From a virus (lineage: Duplodnaviria > Caudoviricetes): a stretch of DNA of 50,627 nucleotides. A program made the translations under genes and the position numbers. This document shows, one piece after another, positions 19,256-27,289 of this stretch (positions are counted from its first letter, which is position 1; each line of letters starts with the position of its first letter). The stretch covers positions 1 through 50,627 of IMG/VR virus record IMGVR_UViG_3300003369_000002; one strand, written 5' to 3'. The notes below the pieces were generated by a model. That model saw nothing but the letters and a program-made list of their open reading frames with translations. It was not told where the DNA came from and ran no database searches.

Positions 19256-19819
19256 ATGGAAGAAAATACACAATTATCAGAATTATTTGCTCAGTTATTC
19301 CCAGACGAAGAGGATCAAAGAGAGGCTAGTCAATACTCATTTCAAACCGAGGGTGAAATTGATAATGCAATAGAATTAGTTAAGGATCTCGAAGTAGAAA
19401 AAGAAAGACTTAATTCTTTATATAAAGAAAAAGTTGAAATGCTTAAATTCATGAGGGATTCAAAAGTTCTAGGGATAGAAAATAAGATACAATGGCAGTT
19501 ATTCAATATCAAAAATACTGTCAAGGCTGCTGGAGATGCTAATGAAACTAAAACACAGTTTAAAAAGACGTATCTTGCAGGCGATGTAATTATTAAAAAA
19601 TCCGCTATTAAATTAATCAAACCTGAACTTACGTCAGAACAGATTCTAGCCAACTTCCCAACTTATGCAAAAACAGAAACGGTAATTACGCTGGACTGGT
19701 TGAATCTGAAGAAAATAGTTAAAATAATTGACGGAGAACCAATTAACTCTGTGAATGGAATGAATCTATCCACAATAATTTCAACAGAATCAACTTCTGA
19801 AATAGTCAGCGTTAAATAA
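19256..19819 (+). CDS. Gam-like host-nuclease inhibitor family protein
   Basis: Coiled-coil N-half, ETKTQFKKTYLAGDV, LDW.NLKK; resemblance by eye. Confidence 0.55.
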   Translation: MEENTQLSELFAQLFPDEEDQREASQYSFQTEGEIDNAIELVKDLEVEKERLNSLYKEKVEMLKFMRDSKVLGIENKIQWQLFNIKNTVKAAGDANETKTQFKKTYLAGDVIIKKSAIKLIKPELTSEQILANFPTYAKTETVITLDWLNLKKIVKIIDGEPINSVNGMNLSTIISTESTSEIVSVK

Positions 19820-19836
19820 AAAGGAGAATTAGAATC

Positions 19837-20559
19837 ATGGGAAGACCGATTATTGATTTAAAAGATATGATATTTGGGAGATTAACTGTTATTAAAAGAG
19901 TGTCAGTTAATAAATTTGGGACTGCAATGTGGCAATGTGATTGTAGTTGTGGAAATAAAAATATCATAGTTGCTGGGAATTCATTAAAATCTGGAAATTC
20001 TAAATCTTGTGGTTGCCTTCGAAAAAAGTTATTATTCAAAAGAAATAAAAAATACAACACGTATGATTTATCTGGAGAATATGGAATTGGTTACACTTTA
20101 AAAGAACAACCTTTCTATTTTGATTTAGAAGATTATGACAAGATTAAAAGTTATTGTTGGGGTTATGACGAGCATCAATATATCAGAACAACCATAACTT
20201 CACAAATTTCTAAAACTCGAACCACTTTATCAATGCATAGGTTGATAACAAATGCAAAAGAAGATGAAGCTGTAGACCATATTTATCATAAAACAATTGA
20301 CAATAGGAAATCGGAATTAAGATTAGTCACTTCAAGTCAAAATGGTATGAATCAAATAATATCATCAAGAAATAAAAGTGGTGTAAAAGGTGTTTTATAT
20401 GATAAAAAAGGAGATGGTTGGTATGCATCAATAAGAATAAACAGGAAAAGTATAACAAAATGGTTTAAAAATAAACAAGACGCAATTGATTGTAGAAAAA
20501 CTTTAGAAGAAACATATCATGGGAAATATGCTCTAAAAGAAAAGGTTGATAATAAATAG
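19837..20559 (+). CDS. Free-standing HNH/AP2 homing endonuclease (paralog of 9504..10250)
   Basis: FGRLTV, W.CDCSCG, SKSCGC, MHRLI, VDHI....DNRK..LR, N.SGVKGV. Confidence 0.85.
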   Translation: MGRPIIDLKDMIFGRLTVIKRVSVNKFGTAMWQCDCSCGNKNIIVAGNSLKSGNSKSCGCLRKKLLFKRNKKYNTYDLSGEYGIGYTLKEQPFYFDLEDYDKIKSYCWGYDEHQYIRTTITSQISKTRTTLSMHRLITNAKEDEAVDHIYHKTIDNRKSELRLVTSSQNGMNQIISSRNKSGVKGVLYDKKGDGWYASIRINRKSITKWFKNKQDAIDCRKTLEETYHGKYALKEKVDNK

Positions 20560-20635
20560 TATTGTAATATAAAATTTGAATTTTAAATGAGAGATGAAAT
20601 ATTCTCTCTAAAATTATATGAAGGAGTGAAGGTAT

Positions 20636-21160
20636 ATGGTAGTAATAATAGGACATTCTGCAAGTGGTAAGGATACTTTAATGAATAAGGTAGTAGAGCT
20701 AACCAGTCTGAAACCAGTTGTCAGCTATACTACAAGACCTATGAGAGTAGGGGAAACTAATGGAGTTGAATATCAGTTTATAACGGAAGAGGAATTTAGT
20801 GAAAAAGATATGCATAATTGCTTTATAGAAACTAGTAACTATAGAGGATGGCATTATGGAATGGCAAAAGAAGATTGTGGAAATGACAGAATAGTCGTTG
20901 TTGATCCTTGTGGGTTTAGGAGTCTAAAAAGAGATGGAGTTAAAGTGATTTCTTTCTTTATAGAGGTTCCTGAACGTAAAAGATTATTAAGATTGATTGA
21001 TAGAGGAGATGAAATTACAGAGCTATGCAGAAGGATTATATCAGATAGAGATACTTTTAGAGGCGTAGAATTTGAAGTTGATTTTACTATTAGAAATATA
21101 AGCAAGGATATTGCTGCAAATGAAATTATTCAAAATATGAAAACTAGGATGGTGGTATAA
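20636..21160 (+). CDS. gmk: Guanylate kinase-like nucleotide kinase
   Basis: GHSASGKDT P-loop, SYTTRPMRVGETNGVEYQF, YRGWHYG. Confidence 0.88.
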   Translation: MVVIIGHSASGKDTLMNKVVELTSLKPVVSYTTRPMRVGETNGVEYQFITEEEFSEKDMHNCFIETSNYRGWHYGMAKEDCGNDRIVVVDPCGFRSLKRDGVKVISFFIEVPERKRLLRLIDRGDEITELCRRIISDRDTFRGVEFEVDFTIRNISKDIAANEIIQNMKTRMVV

Positions 21161-21700
21161 ATGCCTAAATTGACCGTTGGAATAGACCTGGATCAAGTCC
21201 TTAATAATCTCAATAAGAAATGGTTTAAAGCTTATAATGAAAAATATAATGATGATATGAGAATGGAAGATGTGACGGCTTGGGGAATAACCGAATTTGT
21301 AAAACCTGAATGTGGTAATGATATCTATAGCTTTCTGGCTATCCCTGGGTTCTTTAGGGATTTAGAAATACAACCCAACGCACAAAAGGTAGTTGAATGG
21401 CTATGTGAATATTATGATGTCTATATTGTAAGTTCAGCTCATTACGGGGTTTGTGGGGATAAAGGAGCATGGCTGGCCGAATTCTTTCCGTGTATCCCAT
21501 ATCAAAATATAATCTTCTGTAACAATAAAAGCTTGGTTCATACTGACTTTTTAATCGATGACGGAATTCATAACTTAGAGACATTTCATGGTAGAGGATT
21601 ATTATTTGATGCCATGCACAATCAAGATGAAACTAGATTTTTTAGATTGACAGGATGGTTAAAGGTCAAGGAATACTTTGAAAAGGAGTTATCTCAATAA
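21161..21700 (+). CDS. 5'(3')-deoxyribonucleotidase (HAD family, NT5C/YorS-like)
   Basis: IDLDQVL, FFRDL, K..WL...FP, LIDD..HNL. Confidence 0.85.
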   Translation: MPKLTVGIDLDQVLNNLNKKWFKAYNEKYNDDMRMEDVTAWGITEFVKPECGNDIYSFLAIPGFFRDLEIQPNAQKVVEWLCEYYDVYIVSSAHYGVCGDKGAWLAEFFPCIPYQNIIFCNNKSLVHTDFLIDDGIHNLETFHGRGLLFDAMHNQDETRFFRLTGWLKVKEYFEKELSQ

Positions 21701-21769
21701 ATCTGTATCACTTTTTATAAACAATCTGTACTAATAATCAATAATATTGTAGAAAGGAGGGTTTGAATT

Positions 21770-21958
21770 ATGAAAATAGATATGAGTAAAGGATATTTTA
21801 GTTTCCAACTTGAGGAGTCAGAACTAACATTTGCCTGTGTTACCAATGGAATAACTCAAGCAAAAGAACTCTATTTGCAGCATATATCAGAACAAATAGA
21901 CAATGAGATTGATAGCAAAGTTAATAAACTAGCTAAAATAGAAAAAGATTTAATATAG
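21770..21958 (+). CDS. Hypothetical protein
   Basis: RBS GAAAGGAGG; stop TAG inside site 21956. Confidence 0.6.
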   Translation: MKIDMSKGYFSFQLEESELTFACVTNGITQAKELYLQHISEQIDNEIDSKVNKLAKIEKDLI

Positions 21959-21991
21959 AAATATAATTTTAAATGAAAGGAGTAAATATAA

Positions 21992-22561
21992 ATGAGAGAG
22001 AAAACCATCAAAGAAATAGTAGAAGAGCTCAGTAAAGGAATGAGACCTAAACCCGTATCTGCTTTTGCCCCAGTTATCAAAAAGGAGGTTGAAACTGATA
22101 AGTATTCAGTAGACTTAACATTTGAAGAGGTAACTAGTTTAGCAGCTAAACGTATGGAGGCTAAACTATCTAAAAGGATATGGGGTGATATATTTAAAGA
22201 GTTCAATATTATAGCTACACTGGTACCCAAGAAATCAGAAGGTGTGAAACCAGATTATATATTTTTCTATCAAAATAACGATGCTGTGGAAAGACTACTT
22301 GAACTTTCACCTTTTAGATATGAAAAACCTATAGAAATAAGGAAAGGTAAGGATTCAGGATTTATAGAATATGAGCACTTCAGAGTTAGATGTATTCAAC
22401 GTAATGTTATCTCTGAGAACCTGAGAGGGTACAGAACTTGGCAGATACTAATAGAAGGCTGCCTATATAATCAGCTCACACAGGAGCAAAAAGACTGTAT
22501 ATTGATGCCTATGATGTGTCCTTATCATGTTCTCGGTGGAAGAATAGTATCTGTATTGTAA
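21992..22561 (+). CDS. Hypothetical protein
   Basis: RBS GAAAGGAG. Confidence 0.65.
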   Translation: MREKTIKEIVEELSKGMRPKPVSAFAPVIKKEVETDKYSVDLTFEEVTSLAAKRMEAKLSKRIWGDIFKEFNIIATLVPKKSEGVKPDYIFFYQNNDAVERLLELSPFRYEKPIEIRKGKDSGFIEYEHFRVRCIQRNVISENLRGYRTWQILIEGCLYNQLTQEQKDCILMPMMCPYHVLGGRIVSVL

Positions 22562-22577
22562 ATATTTTAAAAAACTA

Positions 22578-22606
22578 TTGTATAATAAATAGTATTGTGT
22601 TATATT
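22578..22606 (+). promoter_or_regulatory. SigA-type promoter with the 13-mer in its spacer
   Basis: TTGTAT-17 bp-TATATT with extended -10 TG. Confidence 0.65.
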
Positions 22607-22656
22607 AGATGGGAGGTGAGAAATCACTTCCTTACAATTCTATCAAGGAGGTAGTA

Positions 22657-22851
22657 ATGTTTAAAGAAATTCAGAAACAGACATTTGATAAATCACAAAT
22701 CAATGCTTGGACTTGTATGCTTCGCGAAATATGGAAAGATGATATCGAAACCATAACGAGAAAGCTAACAATACAAGCTAGAGATAAGTTTATTTGGACA
22801 GAAGGAATTGCAGAGTACATAGAATTAGAAGTTAGTAAAATATTAAATTAA
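22657..22851 (+). CDS. Hypothetical protein
   Basis: RBS AAGGAGG favours ATG 22657. Confidence 0.6.
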   Translation: MFKEIQKQTFDKSQINAWTCMLREIWKDDIETITRKLTIQARDKFIWTEGIAEYIELEVSKILN

Positions 22852-22863
22852 GGAGGTGTTATT

Positions 22864-23007
22864 ATGAGTGATATTAGAATCGGGTACATTGGTAAGGTCG
22901 ATGGAAACAAAGTTTTCTTTGATGGCATATGCTTCACAACTGAGATTAATGGCAAGACTTTAGCAATTGATTATGACGTAATACATTATTCAAGAAAATC
23001 AAAGTAA
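22864..23007 (+). CDS. Small hypothetical protein (47 aa; not in ORF track)
   Basis: RBS AAGGAGG; MSDIRIGYIG...SRKSK*. Confidence 0.55.
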   Translation: MSDIRIGYIGKVDGNKVFFDGICFTTEINGKTLAIDYDVIHYSRKSK

Positions 23008-23042
23008 GTCATAATAAATAATATTAGAGAGGAGAAATCAAA

Positions 23043-23189
23043 ATGATAATGGCATTTATATTTGGAATGTTTTGTGGTTCAATTTGCGGTTTTACAATTT
23101 GTGCATTAGTCAGTGCCAATGATAAACCTTGTTGTTCAAAGGTTATGGGAAACGATAATGTAGTTATTCAAAATAGTAAGGAGGATTAG
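23043..23189 (+). CDS. Small membrane peptide (48 aa; not in ORF track)
   Basis: RBS GAGGAG; FIFGMFCGSICGFTICALVSA. Confidence 0.55.
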   Translation: MIMAFIFGMFCGSICGFTICALVSANDKPCCSKVMGNDNVVIQNSKED

Positions 23190-23190
23190 T

Positions 23191-23487
23191 ATGAAAATAA
23201 TACAAGCAGCTAGAGGTGAGGGTAAAACTACAGAATTGGTAAAACGCTCAAGTAAGGAACGAAAATATATAGTTTGCAAGGATCAGCAGAGAGTTCGTGT
23301 TATCGAAGAAACTGCAAAGAGATTAAGATTATTTATACCATTCCCTATAACCGTAGCTGAATTACCATTGAGAGGGGTTTATATTAATAGTGTTCTAGTA
23401 GATGATATAGAGGATGTTCTTGAATATGTCATAGGAAAGAAAATAGACTTTGCTACTACATCTTGTGAAGTTGGGAAGTTATCTTAA
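23191..23487 (+). CDS. Minimal P-loop NTPase-like protein
   Basis: ARGEGKTT (Walker A) and VLVDD (Walker B) in only 98 aa. Confidence 0.6.
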   Translation: MKIIQAARGEGKTTELVKRSSKERKYIVCKDQQRVRVIEETAKRLRLFIPFPITVAELPLRGVYINSVLVDDIEDVLEYVIGKKIDFATTSCEVGKLS

Positions 23488-23528
23488 AACTAAGATTTTA
23501 AAAGAATAAATTGAATGGAGTGGATTAA

Positions 23529-23819
23529 ATGTTCTTTCTAAATTATAAACAGAAAGCAGAAAAGAATAAAAATAAAATCATTAAAAGAGATGTTAAAGCT
23601 ATGAAAACTCAATGTATTAGAGAGTTTCGTAAAAGTATTAAAAAAGGATTTGAACTTACCTATGTAGATTTTTGCTTTATTGTGACTCGTGATTTTGAAA
23701 GTGAGATTTCTGATATTGTATTAAAGGAATTGCAGCAAGAACATAAAGACATTGAATTTTCATTTAGCTGGAGACATTGCAATAATAGCTACAAAGGTAT
23801 AAAGATGATTGCACTTTAA
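23529..23819 (+). CDS. Hypothetical protein
   Basis: Bracketed by sites 23485 and 23817. Confidence 0.6.
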   Translation: MFFLNYKQKAEKNKNKIIKRDVKAMKTQCIREFRKSIKKGFELTYVDFCFIVTRDFESEISDIVLKELQQEHKDIEFSFSWRHCNNSYKGIKMIAL

Positions 23820-23849
23820 AACATCATTTCTAATAGAAGGGAGAAAGTT

Positions 23850-24179
23850 ATGAACAAAGTAGTAAAAGAAAAGAAGAAGTTGAGATTAGTTGGACATAAA
23901 TCACTTACTAAACAAGATTATTTATTTTGTAAAAAATACCCGAGATTATTTTGCTATTGTACTTCAGAAGGGATATCAAGAAGAATTGTAGATAAAGCCT
24001 ATAAGAAAATAGCAAGACTTGGATATGACAAAGATACGTTTGAAAATATGTTCAAAATAGTAGGAGCCTTAGAAAATAAAAAATATAATTCCGCTAGGGG
24101 AAGTTATGGTGAGTTCTATAGGAGGTTATTTAGAAAACTTAATATCTGTGCAGGGGGAAGTAAACATGAAACTATTTAG
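23850..24179 (+). CDS. Hypothetical basic protein
   Basis: RBS GAAGGGAG. Confidence 0.6.
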   Translation: MNKVVKEKKKLRLVGHKSLTKQDYLFCKKYPRLFCYCTSEGISRRIVDKAYKKIARLGYDKDTFENMFKIVGALENKKYNSARGSYGEFYRRLFRKLNICAGGSKHETI

Positions 24180-24360
24180 AAAACTATTTGGATATTGTTG
24201 GCATTGCGGAAGATGGTTTGTTTATCCTAAAAGAAGAAGAATGAGCTCAGATTATTCAGATGAAGAAAGCAATTATTGCACAGAGTGTTCTGATTGCAAT
24301 GAGCAAACTGAGAGGTATTGGGAGAATATGTGGGATGACTACAATTCAGGAAGAGGGTAG
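24166..24360 (+). CDS. Small zinc-finger-like protein
   Basis: Likely start ATG 24166; CWHCG...CTECSDC. Confidence 0.6.
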   Translation: MKLFRKLFGYCWHCGRWFVYPKRRRMSSDYSDEESNYCTECSDCNEQTERYWENMWDDYNSGRG

Positions 24361-24363
24361 CGT

Positions 24364-24546
24364 ATGGAAGACACATACAAATACATCCATAATCAAGTAA
24401 TAAGTGGTACAAGAGAAGTATTAAAGAACAATAAGATAAAGTTAAACCCTGTAGAAACTGAGGAACTAATAGAAATATTAACCGAGGGATTTGTTAAACA
24501 GAATTTAGCTATATATGACTTATTTGCAGCTCCAAGAATGATTTAA
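24364..24546 (+). CDS. Hypothetical protein
   Basis: Tightly packed ORF. Confidence 0.55.
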   Translation: MEDTYKYIHNQVISGTREVLKNNKIKLNPVETEELIEILTEGFVKQNLAIYDLFAAPRMI

Positions 24547-24561
24547 GGAGGTTTAGTATAA

Positions 24562-24699
24562 ATGAAATGGCCTGTATTGATTCTATTATTCGCTTGGATA
24601 GTTTTACTAGCATGTGTTTACTCAGATGAAGATGCGAGAAGGTTATTTATCAGAAAAATTATCATACTAAATAGTATTATTATAAGGAGGAAGAGTTAA
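24562..24699 (+). CDS. Small membrane peptide (45 aa; not in ORF track)
   Basis: RBS AAGGAGG; MKWPVLILLFAWIVLLAC. Confidence 0.5.
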   Translation: MKWPVLILLFAWIVLLACVYSDEDARRLFIRKIIILNSIIIRRKS

Positions 24700-24965
24700 T
24701 GCAATTAATTGGAACATATTTAAAATATACTTATGAAATTGAAAGTGAATATAAGCTAGGAGATAAGGTGGAATTCACAGACATTGTCCCTAAATTAAAA
24801 GGACAATCAGGAATAATAATGGGAATAGTTAGCTTAAAAGATTTTACTCAATATATCGTTCAGTTTAATTTTAAGATTCTAGGTGGGATAGCAAAATGTT
24901 GTCTAGCTGAAATGCCTATTGAAACAAGAATATTTTCTAGTGACGAAATAAAAGAAAGAGAGTAG
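24699..24965 (+). CDS. Hypothetical protein (SH3-like; frame stays open 31 codons past TAG)
   Basis: RBS AAGGAGG; YKLGDKVEF. Confidence 0.6.
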   Translation: MQLIGTYLKYTYEIESEYKLGDKVEFTDIVPKLKGQSGIIMGIVSLKDFTQYIVQFNFKILGGIAKCCLAEMPIETRIFSSDEIKERE

Positions 24966-25075
24966 CAAATATACAAGCAAGATATCTACTACTCTCAAAA
25001 AGCAACTACGGAATATTATATTAATAGTATGGCCAAAATAAATCAAAAATATACAACATGAAGGAGAAATGTAAA

Positions 25076-25771
25076 ATGAACAAAATCAAAGCATCTTATG
25101 TAATCGAAAGTGAAATTAATGGTATAGAATTGTTAAAACAAATAGAAAAAGTAGGTAGAACTTGTTATAAATCTGAAGGTAATATAACTGAGGATTCTGC
25201 TATCAAATTCGTTGCAGGATTAGTTACCAGAGGGCATTTAGCAATGATAGAACATAATAGCATTACCGTAAGATTTATCTGCGACAGAGGCGTATCACAT
25301 GAGATAGTAAGACATAGATTAGCAAGCTTCGGACAAGAAAGTACTAGATATTGTAATTATTCTAATGATAAATTCAGCAATGAAATCAATGTTATAGATA
25401 TTGAAAAAGGTATTAAGTTAGACACCAAAATGAATAAGCTTGATTTTATGACATTATCGAAGGTCTTGGATGAATGGACTACTGCTATGACCGATGCTGA
25501 AAGACATTACCTTAAACTAATTGAACTAGGAGCTACCCCACAAATAGCTAGAGATGTATTACCTAATAGTTTAAAAACAGAAATTGTTGTCACTATGAAT
25601 CTTCGGGAATGGATGCATTTCTTTTTATTAAGAGCAGACAAGCCAGCTCATCCCCAAATGAGAGAATTGGCTGTGCCTTTATTAAAAGAATTTCATGAGC
25701 TTATACCTGTAATATTCGATGATCTATATAACAAGCTTATACTAAATAATATTGTGAAAGAGGAGATATAA
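25076..25771 (+). CDS. thyX: Flavin-dependent thymidylate synthase
   Basis: GRTCYKS, GH.AMIEH, signature RHRLASFGQESTRY, ARDVLP, MNLREWMHF..LR, AHPQMR. Confidence 0.95.
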   Translation: MNKIKASYVIESEINGIELLKQIEKVGRTCYKSEGNITEDSAIKFVAGLVTRGHLAMIEHNSITVRFICDRGVSHEIVRHRLASFGQESTRYCNYSNDKFSNEINVIDIEKGIKLDTKMNKLDFMTLSKVLDEWTTAMTDAERHYLKLIELGATPQIARDVLPNSLKTEIVVTMNLREWMHFFLLRADKPAHPQMRELAVPLLKEFHELIPVIFDDLYNKLILNNIVKEEI

Positions 25772-25774
25772 ATT

Positions 25775-26038
25775 ATGAATAGTGATTTAACAAAGGAACA
25801 ACTAGAGGAATTAACAGAAACAATTAAAAATAGTCAGCCGGTTCCTGTGTCAGCACGGATGACACAAACGGGTTTTGACTTTATCGTTAAGCAAAGCATG
25901 ATTGCTAATAAAGAAAGATATCGTGCAGAGCATGGTATTCAAATAGTTGGAAGGAAATCTGTGTTAAGTAAATATGAATGCCGATTAATCATGAGTGATA
26001 ACACAAGCAAGATTATAAATTTGAGAGAGAAGGCATAA
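25775..26038 (+). CDS. Hypothetical protein
   Basis: RBS GAGGAG; resembles C-terminal half of the 7162..7659 product. Confidence 0.6.
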   Translation: MNSDLTKEQLEELTETIKNSQPVPVSARMTQTGFDFIVKQSMIANKERYRAEHGIQIVGRKSVLSKYECRLIMSDNTSKIINLREKA

Positions 26039-26040
26039 GC

Positions 26041-26202
26041 ATGGGTAATTTAATTTTTAACTTAGGATTTGACATATTATTTTTAATATTTTCAATTAGT
26101 GACTATAAGGAGAAGAAAAGTAAAGCAAGTATATTTTTTATAGTAGCTTGGATTGTGTTTATTATAATCACAGCGTGTAAGATTTTATCAACTATATTTT
26201 AA
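26041..26202 (+). CDS. Small two-TM membrane protein (53 aa; not in ORF track)
   Basis: MGNLIFNLGFDILFLIFSI...IFFIVAWIVFIII; stop inside site 26200. Confidence 0.55.
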   Translation: MGNLIFNLGFDILFLIFSISDYKEKKSKASIFFIVAWIVFIIITACKILSTIF

Positions 26203-26238
26203 AAGATAGATTTTAAGATAATTTAAGGAGGCGTAAAG

Positions 26239-26454
26239 GTGGATAATGAGAAACAAGAATTTCAATTAGGCGATGTTGCTTATATGATAGATGAGGACTA
26301 TAGGTTTTTTGAAAGTGAAGTATATCGAATTGAATTAAAAGATGGTAAATACTACTATGATACACATGATATAGATTACGAACTTAAAGATATTGGAGAC
26401 TGGGTATTTACATCAGAATTATATAAAGAATTGCGTTTTGGTGCAATGATGTAG
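26239..26454 (+). CDS. Hypothetical protein
   Basis: RBS AAGGAGG, GTG start; between sites 26200 and 26475. Confidence 0.65.
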   Translation: MDNEKQEFQLGDVAYMIDEDYRFFESEVYRIELKDGKYYYDTHDIDYELKDIGDWVFTSELYKELRFGAMM

Positions 26455-26515
26455 TTAATGAGAATGTTATGACATAGAATGCAGTTTTTATATGAATTTA
26501 AGGAGGTGATTATGG

Positions 26516-26713
26516 ATGATGGAATCTAGGATTAAAGTAAGTATCAGTGAAACAAAACAAGATATTAAAAGGCCACATTGTCATTCAATGATATTTGGAA
26601 AGAGTTTAATATTATCACAAGAAGCTATAAATAAAATGGAAACATACATGAAAGAAGTTATATCAGAAGATTTAGGCAACACAGTTGAAAATTTAAATAT
26701 ATTTCTATATTAA
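26516..26713 (+). CDS. Hypothetical protein
   Basis: RBS AAGGAGGTG; between sites 26475 and 26711. Confidence 0.6.
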   Translation: MMESRIKVSISETKQDIKRPHCHSMIFGKSLILSQEAINKMETYMKEVISEDLGNTVENLNIFLY

Positions 26714-26770
26714 AAACAGAATTTTAAAACAAAGACATAATAAATAGTATTGTGAAAGGAGAATATATAA

Positions 26771-27289
26771 ATGGTCAATTTTGGTAAACAGTTTGAAAAT
26801 GCGTTCAAGGAATCTGTGCCATCTAATATGTATTATTTAAGACTTAAGGATAGTCCTTCAAGTTTTGGGACAAATGTAGCCACTAGATTTACTTTAAATC
26901 AACCCTTTGATTGTCTAGTATATGCTAGTCCAAACTTATTTCCTTTTGAATTGAAGAGTACAAAATCTACGTCATTTAGTTTTAAAGGTACTACTCCAAT
27001 GATTAAATCCAATCAAATCAAAGGCCTTTCAGAAGCTTCTAAAACAGATGGAGTTATAGCTGGATTTATCTTCAATTTTAGAGAACCAACAAATAGAGCA
27101 TATTTTTTACATATTGAGAATTTTAATAAATTTGTAGAAGGTACAACAAAATCTAGTATTAATGAAAAGGATATTCTTGCTGCTGGAGCTGTGGAAATTA
27201 TGTCCAAGCTTAAGAAGGTAAAATATTCTTATATGATAAAAGATTTCATTGAAAAATTAAAACTAACTAAGGAGGAAAATAATGATTGA
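26771..27289 (+). CDS. recU: RecU-like Holliday junction resolvase
   Basis: N.GK.FE, PFD, FELKST, IK.NQI..L, GFIFNF. Confidence 0.8.
   Translation: MVNFGKQFENAFKESVPSNMYYLRLKDSPSSFGTNVATRFTLNQPFDCLVYASPNLFPFELKSTKSTSFSFKGTTPMIKSNQIKGLSEASKTDGVIAGFIFNFREPTNRAYFLHIENFNKFVEGTTKSSINEKDILAAGAVEIMSKLKKVKYSYMIKDFIEKLKLTKEENND

Larger units (their letters stand above)
1512..26753 (+). repeat. Dispersed asymmetric 13-bp element TAAATARTATTRT (about 17 copies, all + strand)
   Basis: TAAATAGTATTGT at 1512, 3972, 12905, 14111, 17841, 20553, 22586, 26741; TAAATAGTATTAT at 6618, 24668; TAAATAATATT(G/A)T at 4189, 11881, 13263, 25743; looser copies at 7678, 21738, 23015. All at or near gene junctions. Confidence 0.85.

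Noticed and set aside
3744-26753. Dispersed repeats as a CRISPR array
   Set aside because: Repeats are 13-16 bp, irregularly spaced and separated by whole genes; no constant spacer length and no cas genes.
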